A stretch of DNA of 63,996 nt, filler included, from Sphacelaria rigidula (lineage: Eukaryota), in assembly GCA_964200075.2 (NCBI GenBank). It is 3 parts of 3 records of this genome, joined end to end, with 100 filler letters (N's around TTAATTAATTAA, not from the genome) between each part and the next. Parts side by side here need not be neighbours in the genome. Positions count along the whole stretch, not along the records: positions 43,452 to 63,996 come from CAXNAA020000519.1; 2 more parts are not named here. The stretch is one strand, 5' to 3'. The notes under the pieces were generated by a model. It saw nothing but the letters and a program-made list of their open reading frames with translations. It did not search any database and was not told where the DNA came from. Below, one piece after another: positions 51,330 through 61,244 of this stretch (positions are counted from its first letter, which is position 1; the number at the start of each line of letters is the position of its first letter). The position numbers and the translations under genes were made by a program.

Positions 51330-53089
51330 CGTCGCCACGTGTCCTCAAACTCTTCCGCTCCCTTTTCAACTTCAATATGCCATTTGCCCAGGTCCTTCGC
51401 CACAGTGACTCAATCGTATGCATCGTTAACCTCTACACCGTAGACGAAGCACTTTCGTCGTGCTCCTCTGTGCGGGACAGCCCCTAGCGCACGAAGGATC
51501 TCCTTTAGGGTATCCTCCCATTGCTTGGGGGGGGGCGGCCGACCTCCTTGGGTCCTCGTGTGGAAAGTCGATCGTTCATAACACGCTTGGGAAGGCGTGT
51601 GTCCTTTTGCCGGACAAGGGCTCCCGCGAAGCAGAGTTGACGTTTGCGGATAGTCATCTCGACACGCTCGCAGTTGGTCATCTCGAGCACCGCTCTGTAC
51701 GAAAGAGTCTTGTAGCCATTTCGATCGTTCCTGTGGAATCAAACCACTCGCAGCCAGAGCTTCCACCACCCCCGCTTTAAGCAGTCGAACTTTCAAGGAT
51801 AGCTCGGTGTTGGGTCGTTCGTAGAGTTGGGAGCTATATTTTCGGATACGCGCCCACGCCGCGCTGATACGGCGGTTGATTTCGATAGACATTCTCGCAT
51901 CCGCGCTGATAGCTCCACCAAGGTAGATGAACTTCCCCGTCTGCTTATACCGGTGACCGGCAGCTCTGATATCCCGGGTGGCCTCCGTGGGACTGGGTAC
52001 TGACCAAAGGCGCATGGACTCTGTCTTGTTCTCGAAGACCATCAGGCCGAATTCCTGGCAGGCTATCACTATCACGGCCATCATTCGAGCAAGGCCTTCT
52101 GAGGTGTTCGAGGCTATGCCGGCGTCGTCCGCATAAAGCATTGCTCACACCGCGCGCCGCACCTTTTCCAGTGGTGTCTCTTCTACGGGTTCACCACCGA
52201 TACCTTGTGGCGCATCATCTAGAAAGACCAAGTCTGAGACGATGAGTGGGTCCGCCGCAAACCGCTGAACGACCATTTCCACCAAACCTGCTCCGAAGAT
52301 GTTGAATAGCAGTGGAGACGAAACGCAACCTTGTCTGAGTCCCTGGCAGACTTCGAACCATGCTGATAGTTCGCCACTATCTAGCTGTACTCGAGCTCGC
52401 ATGCCGTCGTGAAACATACGGATGATCGTGATCATTCGCAACGGGACTCCGAACCGAGCAAGCACTTCCCACAGGAGCGTGCGTTCTACAGAATCGTAGG
52501 CTTTCTGCAGATCGATGAAGCACATGTTTATTGGGATGTTGCTCGCCCTTCCCAACTCCTGGAGTCGGCGTACAACGAACCTCATATCTATGGTCGATCT
52601 TTGGCGCCTAAATCCACACTGCTCTTCCGGGAAGACATCTGTTCCCCCACAAAAATCACCAAGCCTGTTGGCTAAGATTCTGAGGAGAACTTCAGCAGTA
52701 TGTGTCACAAGTGAAATGCCTCTGTAGTTACTACACTGATTCATACCTTGTTTTTTATGTAGCACTTTGATGGTGACATCTTTCCATTCTTGCGGCACCT
52801 CGCCAGATGTCCAAACCGCAGAGACGATGTCGTGGAAGCGGTACAAAATATCCGACGCCTCCCCGTTGAGTCCAAGCTTCAGGATTTCAGCAGGAATACC
52901 ATCCGGACCGGTTGCTTTGCCGTTCGACATAACTCCCGGAGCCTCCACAGTTTCACTTGGGCTTTGTGAGTCTCCTAGTGACAACGCTATTGGTCGTTGA
53001 GCAATCTTCTCGATGATGGCGCGGTCGATAGTTGCCGATATGGCGTTCAGCAATGTAGAAAAGTACCGTTCCCATCTCCCACTGATCAA
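51330..53089 (-). pseudogene. Reverse transcriptase region of the RTE LINE (interrupted)
   Basis: ORFs 52145-53089 and 51410-52141 together carry the RT domains. They are broken just before YADD and frameshifted again near 51720. Confidence 0.9.
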
Positions 53090-53669
53090 ACCTCTGTCCC
53101 GCAGTAAATTGCCGTCTTCATCTCGAATGTACTCTTCATTCTCGATTGGTCGTCCAGACAGTGTCTACCCTCCGTTGAGATGTCTGCACCATCCTCTCAT
53201 GTCCGCTCGAGTACGCTCCTCTAGTTCTTGAGCATACACATCCATATATTTGTCAACCCCAACTTGAATCCCCTTTTTGATATTTTTGCATGCTGTTCGC
53301 GCCATGCGAGTTCATCTCGAGATGACCCCAGTCTAACCATTGATCTCGCCCTTTCTCTCTCCATCCAAGCAAGTTCGAATTCCGTTCTGATTTGAGCATC
53401 CTCGAACCACCCCGGTATACGTGGCTCTCGGGTCAAACGGGGTACCACCTTTTCAGCGGCACTCAAGAGTACGTCGGCAAAGTTCGTAGCCAGTGAACTA
53501 AGTGTATCACCAGGTATACTCTGTTCAAGCTCGCTGATGATGAGCTGGGTGAGCTGCTCACGTCTGATGGGGTCAGATACTATTGCCCGTCTGTCGATCG
53601 GTGTACGCCCAGTTGGGATTCGTCTAGGTCTATTATGTGCGAAGTGACCAAGGAGCCGCACTAGGGCGC

Positions 53670-54455
53670 ACACGATGTTGTGGTCAGAGTGCGGCGAGTT
53701 GGGGGGTTGAAGGTGGACGGTGACATTGCGAATGAGCCTGCGGTGATCTTGCCGTGTGATTATGTAATCGATGCGTTTTCTGTCCGCGGGGCTATTTGCA
53801 ACACCGTTGAATGACGCGAGGTGTTTTCCTTGGGGGTGTAAAATAACGTGTTGACCAGGAAAAGCCTGTTGTCACCTGTAAATCGTACTAGAGAATTGCC
53901 GTTACCGTCGTTGGATCGGGAATCTCGACCGTATGCCCCTACAAATCTACGTTCCTCCTCGCCTGTTCGTCGTCCAGTCCTCGCGTTAGCGTCCATTAAA
54001 ACAAACAAGTGATGCTTGTGGGGGATTCAGTTCACAATGCCGTCTAACTCAGTCCAAAACACATCTCTCTCTTCTCTTTACTGTGGAGTGTCTGTCCGGG
54101 CGTATGCAACGACAAACGTGGCAGCATTTGATTTACCCGCTAGGTTGAAAGTCATCGACATAAGGCGTTCGCTGATGAGTGCCTGAGTCCACGTCGCCGT
54201 GCTGATGATCGACTCCTTGACTGCCAACCCAACCCCACGTTGACCAGCCCTTCCCTTGACCCCCTCTGCCCCGCAACAAAAGACGCGGTATCCCGCCGCA
54301 CAAAGTTCGGGTTGACCTGGTCTTGTCGTTTCCTGTAGTCCGATGACATCACATCCGATTGCTTGACATTATTTCAGGACCACCTCAGCATGGCCAGCTC
54401 CGGTCTTCCCCGTGAGGGACAGTGTACGGACGTTATAGGTAGCCACTTTGAGCTC
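53670..54455 (-). pseudogene. Apurinic-like endonuclease region of the RTE LINE (interrupted)
   Basis: TYNVRT, GLQET, MDANAR, IDYI and SDH motifs appear in order, with an in-frame TAA and frameshifts. Confidence 0.85.
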
Positions 54456-54490
54456 CCCACTACGTGTCCTAGCTTTAGCCTGCTCTATAT

Positions 54491-54841
54491 TCACGCGTCT
54501 TTCTCTTTGTTCGGCTCTCCCTTTTGGTCGGTTGTGCCTTCTAATTTTACGGGCGAGCTGTTATTTCTGTTCCGATTTTTTTCGGCACATCTATCACGGT
54601 ACTTGCATTGCTTGTTGGTCTCCCGGGAAGAGTGCAGCCTTCCCATCCTGCGTCGGCCGCTGTCTCCAGTCCGCCGAATCTGATACTGACTCATAGGTGC
54701 CTCATCTCCACCAACGTGCTTTTCGTGACAGTGTCTCAACGCCGGGTGAAACGCTACAGCTGCGGGGTTCAGTTTGGTTTCCATTCTGGGGTAGAACTCC
54801 GATGCAGCAGGATTCACCCTGGACGTTTCCACCGTCGACAT
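54491..54841 (-). CDS. N-terminal ORF/leader of the RTE element with two PAM2-like motifs and a basic linker
   Basis: MSTVET-SRVNPAASEFYP-RME-TKLNPAAVAFHP, followed by an Arg/Lys-rich segment that overlaps the frame leading into the APE domain. Confidence 0.6.
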   Translation of the reverse strand: MSTVETSRVNPAASEFYPRMETKLNPAAVAFHPALRHCHEKHVGGDEAPMSQYQIRRTGDSGRRRMGRLHSSRETNKQCKYRDRCAEKNRNRNNSSPVKLEGTTDQKGEPNKEKDA

Positions 54842-55010
54842 GACCCACTACCTACACTGTATGTTGTGTTGCCACTGACACGACACGCAGAGAAGCCAGT
54901 AGGTCAACTTACCCTCTCTTACTCACTTGTTGTGTTGTCGACGGAGTTGGCCTACCCCGACACAACCAACCCCAGACGGGTGGCGGTCGGGGGAGCGGTA
55001 TAAATGAGAG

Positions 55011-56074
55011 GGGCCCGTTTATCGGCCGCCGATGGCGCTTGCCTCTACGCCGTTGTTTCTCCAGCTGCAGCAGGCGCGGTAGTACAGCGCTCCGGCGCTA
55101 TGGGCGTCGTAGCACACGGCCCTTTCACTAAGAGCCCTCGCCTCGTGGCTCATCCTCTTCGATCGAAGACGGCACTTGGTCCGCACCGTGTTCGCTCGAT
55201 TGAGACGCACACGTCACATCTTGCCCCTCCTGCGGACGATCGCCGGCAGTGTCCCGTGCGCCGGTTCCGCAGGGAATCGGAGTCCTGATAACGGAAGAAG
55301 CCTTGATCGAAGGCTCCGTGAAAGTAGCGGAAGCAGAATGCTCCTGGGGGTCCTCTACTCTCGGGGCAGCTCCCGCGGTCGCTATCTTCGCAGGCGGTAT
55401 AGCCTGTTCCTCTGCCGCTGGAACGACAGTAGATCCTTCCGGGGATACCATATCGATAACCGGGGCAGACTTGCAATGGGCGGGCGCGATCGCTGTCTCC
55501 GCCGAAGCTGATGCAACAATTTCCACAGCCGAGTCGTTACGAGTGCCATCAGTGGAAAGGGCCCGTTCATCGGCCGCCGATGGCGCTTGCCTCAGCGCCG
55601 TTGTTTCTTGAGCTGCAGTCGGCGCGGTGGTACGGCGCTCCGGCGCCACGGGCGCCGTAGCACATGGGTCTTCCACTGGAGAGCCCTCGCTTTGTGGCTC
55701 AACGTTTCCCTCCTGCGGTCGATCGCCAGCAGTGTCCCGTGCGCTGGTTCCGCAGGGAATCGGATCCCTGCTCACGGAAGAAGCTTTGGTTGAATGCTCG
55801 GTCAAAGTAGCGGAAGCAGGATGCTCCTGGGGATCCTCTACTCCCGGGGCAGCCTCCACTGTCGCCCTCTCCGCAGGCGGCATAGCCTGTTCCTCTGCCG
55901 CCGGATCTCCTGTCGATCCGGCGGCAGAGGAACAGGCTATGCCACCTGCGGAGAGGGCGACAGCGGAGGCTGCCCCGAGAGTAGAGGACCCCTAGGAGCA
56001 TTCTGCTTCCGCTACTTTCACGGAGTCCTCGACCAAGGCTTGTTCCGTGAGCAGGGATCCGATTCCCTGCGGAA
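55011..56074. repeat. Ala/Pro/Glu-rich coding-like tandem repeat (~500-550-bp units) plus a 160-bp-arm palindrome
   Basis: 55011-55420 repeats at 55559-55900. 55748-55907 is the reverse complement of 55915-56074 with a 7-nt spacer. Confidence 0.9.
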
Positions 56075-57170
56075 AACGTATTCACCACACGGTCGGAGAT
56101 GTTGGAAATCCCAGTGATGTTGTATCGCATGCTTCCGACCACGATACTTACGAAGACGGAGAAAATGCAAGCGACTCGTCGTCTTTGGAGGGTGAAATTG
56201 CCGCGGAAGAATATCTCGGCCACAATCCCTTCTTGGGGGAACAGGATGCGACGGGTCCGCATCGATGGGATGAACAACTCTTTGCGAACGAGGGCAACAA
56301 GCCGATCGCAATTTTGTCGCCACAGCAGTTTCGGTATCGTAAGAGCATTCCTTTCCCTCGGCAGGAAATATTTACTCAAGGATGCACTTTGACCTCTGAC
56401 GGCATCCGCTATAGCTGTCGCAACTTCGGCAAGCGCACTCGCTTCACCAGAGATTTCACATCCCCTGAACCCCAGAAGAAGAAAACGAAGAAGCCCGTAG
56501 CGAAGGACGTGGGAGGTGGAGCCTTGAGCGGTGGCGGAAGCCATGGGCTTTGACCACCGGATCATTTTTTGTTCCTCCGTTTTTTGCTCTTTTTTCTGTT
56601 TTGCTTGGGACTAGTACTCTTGTCGTCACGTCTCCACCTCGCCGTCGATGTATTTCCGTCGTTCACCCGTGCACCTCCCTGCCGGCCACGTTACATGCTC
56701 TCGATGTGGCCAGCAGGGCGATACACGGGCGAACGACAGAAAGACATGGGCAGCGAGGGGGACAGGTGACGACAAGAGTACTAGTCCCAAGCAAAACAGA
56801 AGAAAAAGGACAATAAACGGAGGAACAAAAAATGATCCGGTGGTCGAAGCCCATGGCTTCAAAAGATGCAAGCAGTTTTGCACGGAACGCTAACAGCATT
56901 TCGTGACGTTGAAGGTAGAGGATGTGATTGAGAGTGAGAATGGGTCAATAGGTAAATTAATTATTGCAGTCCCGAATGACGCTGCACGAGGCCCGATACA
57001 TCATCTCTGGTAGCTTACCATGGGGACCGTTGATATCTCTGAGTAGGACAGTCTATCGTGTACAAGTACTTGAGTGCAGTTCGAATTGAGTGAAAATGAA
57101 CACTTGGGGTCATCAAGCGAACTGTGTCGCATGGTTTAGTGGATAATACTTTGCTCCATCATCCACCGTC
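55915..57170 (+). pseudogene. Putative decayed Mutator-like (FAR1/MuDR-type) transposase 5' region
   Basis: An acidic linker is followed by PFPRQEIFTQGCTLTSDGIRYSCRNFGKRTRF and KKKTKK. After the hairpin comes CKQFCTER*QHFVTLKV...PIHH. This resembles the FAR1/MuDR N-terminal DNA-binding region; the assignment is by eye. Confidence 0.4.
56537..56860. repeat. Long inverted repeat/hairpin (~155-bp arms, ~10-nt loop)
   Basis: gaagccatgggct...ttttgcttgggactagtactcttgtcgtcac...ggccacg pairs with tgtggcc...gtgacgacaagagtactagtcccaagcaaaa...agcccatggcttc. Confidence 0.92.
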
Positions 57171-57319
57171 GTTTTACTTAATCTTTTTTGTATACTGCAG
57201 AAATGGGAATACTCATCGGGGATCGTATATCGATACGCTCACACTGTTCGTTACGCGATAGCATATCGTCTGGTACTGGTTGATCATACTCGGACTTATT
57301 CGGATACCCACGTCCACCG

Positions 57320-57905
57320 AAGGAGTTCCCGTGTGGGAGCAAACCTTCTCGCGTATGGTGAATGCGGTAACGAATAATCATCCCCAAACCTTATCCCAAT
57401 TTTTGTATTTAGGGCGTAAAACGACGTAGAAGCCCCAAGAAGGTACTTTTCCGGATATATTTTTTATTTCTGTAATAAGGAGCGGCCGAATGACCAAACT
57501 CGAGGGAGTAACTCCGACGTGGACTAGATTGGGGCAAAACAAATGCAGAAGGCCGAGTGACTGCGATGCAGCGTGTCAGAGCGAGCGGACAGTAAAACAT
57601 GGTATCGGGAGGAAATGTTTGGGGTGGCTCGTCCCAACAAGCGTTTCTCATATTTGTGTGGAAGCAAAACTTCTCCGATGTGGTGAATGCGGTAACAACT
57701 GATCATCCCCAAACCTTTGCCTAAGTTTGTTTTTCGGAGCGCAATACAACGTAGAAGCTCCGGGCAAGTGTAGCTCCCACCCAAATATGGAGAACCATTT
57801 TGGGACAAGCAACGCCAAATTTTTTTGTTGTACCACCATTTTGTGGGGCCGCTCGTCCCAAAAACATTCCTCATATTTGTGTGAGAGCAAAACTTCTCCG
57901 GAGCT
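57320..57905 (+). repeat. Internally repeated element with a further copy at 59387-59612
   Basis: tggtgaatgcggtaac...atcatccccaaacct occurs at about 57356 and 57680. aactccgacgtggactagat occurs at 57510 and 59387. cctcatatttgtgtg...aaacttctccg recurs. Confidence 0.7.
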
Positions 57906-58954
57906 TCTCGGTCGTTTACGCAATACCGAATGGCACTTGCGCAACCCTGACAGCGGGAATGAAGATGGCAACCGCTGCAGTAGGCACCATATGAGGAAAA
58001 GCACGGGAAAGAAGAGAAGGGAGTCAAAATCCGCAGCACCAACAGAGAAGGCCGCGCCGAATTCAGCGCGGGATACCAGCGAGGTAAAAAACTTGAACGG
58101 CGACGGTGTCTCCCGCGGACCACACCGCGACGAGCAACAACCGATCCAAAGGCATTCGGAGCAAGGAAATAATTAATGGGAATCGAGGCGGAACCGACGA
58201 GGGCCTCAACGCGATCGACAATAACAGCTCGAAACATGCACGGGGAGAATATGAACAGCTGAGGGTACAGACTTGAGCGGCAATAACTTCCTCCAGGGCC
58301 TAAATGCGAGCAACGATAATCAATCCACACCTGCCGCGGCCAACAGAGAAAATTTATTTGATAAAATTGACCGATTGAACGGGGGGGTATAGTAACTCGA
58401 AACCCGCGAAAAGAGAACCTCCAACAGATCGAAACCCGCGAAGGGTGAGAGGAAATCAGGAACCAATTTTGGGGTCCGATCGGATCATTCAAGCTCCCCA
58501 ATATCTGTTTTCACCTGCTGCCCCAACATTTCGGTTATCGAAGTCCATTTTTTTTATGGCGTGTAGTAGTTGTGAGAGTCGGACGGTTCATTCTTCGTGG
58601 AAACGAGTGCACTCGTGGATGTTTGACAAGAACACAACGAGCATGACTCGAGTGCTCGAGACATTACTTTCTTTTACAACGAGCAGTGTCTCGTGCGCTC
58701 GAGTCATTACTTTTATCTGAAACGAGCAATGACTCGAGTACTCGCCCTATTCATTTTTGCAGCCAACGAACACCCGTGGTCGTCCCGTTTCTGGTTCGCC
58801 AGCATTTTCACTCGTTGAACGGGAGTTGCTCATCGGTCGGCACCAAACGGCACTGCTATTCAATGTAAATGTGCATGTACTAATCGAGAGATACTCTCCG
58901 CCGCTTTAGTAGAACTCTCATCTGTGTGCGTATGGGGGGGAAGGGATTGGGGAG

Positions 58955-59245
58955 GGGGGAGTGTACTCATGATCATGCATGCCATGGTCATAGAGCCATT
59001 GACCTCGCATCCCTTCAACGCCGGGATGTAGCACGCCGGGTTTTCGCCGGANNNNNNNNNNCCAAGCGCGAAGCGCCGCGGTGTGTACGGCGAGTCGCAT
59101 GATGGATGAGCTGCATCCCGCTACGATTGTTTGGCCTGAAGCCTACTGATTATCTTGTATTTGGATGACATCTTACAATGAGTTGCTTTATTGTCTGGTA
59201 TCGCCACTTCCTGAAATAGTCATGGCTAACACACTGCCTCATCGG
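58955..59245 (+). repeat. Dispersed repeat family C copy
   Basis: Similar to 26350-26655. Its first ~100 nt are inverted at 61336-61435. Confidence 0.7.
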
Positions 59246-60857
59246 TGTCTCACCATTTCCACACCACGTGGTACAATCATCCCCATTGTGCGGAGTGGAG
59301 GTTCTCCCACACCGCACAACATGATCGAGCTCGACTACCATCATGGTTACTTTAAAAAAAACGCAAGCGCGCGTAAAAAAATCGGCAACTCCGACGTGGA
59401 CTAGATCGAGGGACAACACACGCAAACATGGTAGAACGAGAGGTGTTTGGGGTGGCTTGTCCCAACAAGCGTTCCTCATATTTGTGTGGGAGCGAAACTT
59501 CTCCGGAGCTTTTCGTTGTTTACGCCCCGAGCTCATCCTCAGATCCTTACTCCAACTCTGTTCATTTGGTACGTGGAACGACGTAGAAGGTCCAAAAAGG
59601 TACTTTTCAGATGAGTACTAGTGTCTGTTGACACTTTTTAAGTAGCCCCCAAACCAGCCCAAAAGAACAGCTGCCTTTTTACCTAAACAACGATATCAAA
59701 AGCTCGGCTCAATTCCCGGTGTGGCGTGGTTATCCTCACAAACGACAGCAACTGAAAATAGATCTTGGGTATCACATGGTACTGACAGTCACGGCAGTAA
59801 AGGCCATGTCTCATGTTTTCCCATAACTCGACAACCGAGATGCCTTCTAGCCGAGACGAAGTTTGCCTAAACGATCCCAACATTGGCAATACGTGACCTG
59901 CCCGAGCTGTAGATTTTGTCATTCTGTACCCGAATGATGCCGCGATGCCAGCACAGGCGTCCAGACTGTAACCGTCAATACAGCACCAAACGCCTCTTTA
60001 ACGACCATGTATCAAATCCAGGGGCCCGGAAGTATCGTTGATGTCGAACCCGGATCGCCGAGTAAAAAACAGCACAATAGTATCAAGTGGCCGTGGTACC
60101 GGTGATCAAACAGGGTTACCCCCCCCCCCCCCCCCCCCCCCCCCTCGCCAACTATTACTACCACGATCGAACCTGACACACGCAGAACGTAACATTTGGT
60201 CAAGTGATCTTACCGCAGATGATCAGGTCGTCCAAGGTATATGTTTCGCTCAGATCACCGCGTGTAGAAGTTACAGTATCTATGGATACGATCATGAGTT
60301 CACCACTGTATCATGATTTGTGCAACCCGCCATTTTGAACAAAACGTACAGAACAGGGGCTCCATCATGTGCAAAAACGCCCGATTATCTACTTCATAGC
60401 CATGAACAAGGTTTTGAATTCAGTTGTTTGAGTGAAGAAATCGTGAGTAGGCCACGCCTTTGCTGGCACTAGTCTGTACACCGCGATTCAAGCTTCCCGT
60501 GAAGAACAAGTTGTGAACCATTGCCATTATTACCATTATAATGATAATGGCCATTAATAACTGGTACCACTTCCGAGCTCTAGGAGATCAAGTCAAATCC
60601 ACGTATTTTTGCGCCGTCGCAATCCCACCCTCAACTGTATGCAAAATTGACTGGAGACTTGCTCTGTATTTTTTTTCACAGCCAGTGCCTATTTAATGTG
60701 TTTGGTGTGTGTTTGCGTTTTTGCTCGTCTGCCATCTTGTGTGGCCGTGAGTGTCGTGCCCAATCCATCACCGAAATATAAAGGCGCCTTTATTCACGGG
60801 GTGATTGCCAGCACGGCTGCGTCAGTCTTCGATTTGGTGCCGCCAAAGCCCGTATGG

Positions 60858-61244
60858 TAAAGCTCGGAAATGGTACCGGTCATAACTGGCCATTATCATT
60901 ATGATGGTAATAATGGCAATGGTAAAATTAAGAATTTGGATAATGGTTTCAAACCATTATTAGCCGTTACCGGCTACGTATGCTACATACAGCCCTTCAA
61001 AATTGGCCCAAATTTAACGTATATTTTAGCTCTAGTGACACTAAACCGCGTAAAAACGTGCCTCCGGCACGGCGACTCCAGCGGGGGGCCCTCCGGCGGG
61101 GCCCCCTCTGCCGGCGGGGGCTTTTTGGCTCGCGGCTGCATCGCTCGATGACCAAACCATTATGTACCATTTAACTGGTTGATGAGTGCGCTACGCTTGA
61201 CCATTCAAGTGGTTAATGGTTGGAAAAACCATTTCCGAGCTCTA
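60858..61244. mobile_element. hAT-type MITE with an 8-bp target-site duplication
   Basis: TIRs taaagctcggaaatggt and accatttccgagctcta. Perfect direct repeat CCGTATGG at 60850-60857 and 61245-61252. Subterminal (A)ATGG/CCATT arrays. A partial inverted sister copy is at 60519-60581. Confidence 0.85.

Larger units (their letters stand above)
50871..55000 (-). mobile_element. RTE-clade non-LTR retrotransposon (LINE), near full-length, decayed
   Basis: Order on the minus strand: structured 5' UTR, ATG at 54841, APE endonuclease motifs (LKVATYNVRT, DVIGLQET, FVVAYA, FVLMDANAR, RIDYIIT, HSDHNIV), RT motifs (NYRGISL, EEQCGFR, FIDLQKAYDS, GLRQGCVSSPLLFNI, LYADD, FIYLG), RTE-type C-terminus (RKRQLCFAGALVRQKDTRLPKRVM...GRP), T-rich 3' UTR and (CAAT)n/(CTAT)n tail at 50871-50905. 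Several stops and frameshifts. Confidence 0.92.

Noticed and set aside
54570-54590. Programmed -1 frameshift at A-AAA-AAT joining the PAM2 ORF to the endonuclease frame
   Set aside because: The heptamer is in the right phase, but the -1 frame hits TAA four codons later in this copy. It cannot be distinguished from ordinary decay without a family consensus.
55128-56565. 251-aa and 288-aa minus-strand ORFs as independent host genes
   Set aside because: They arise from the tandem repeat and its inverted duplication, or are the antisense shadow of the plus-strand remnant.
57524-58501. 325-aa ORF as a real gene
   Set aside because: It runs through an internally repeated non-coding element, has atypical composition and shows no recognisable domain.
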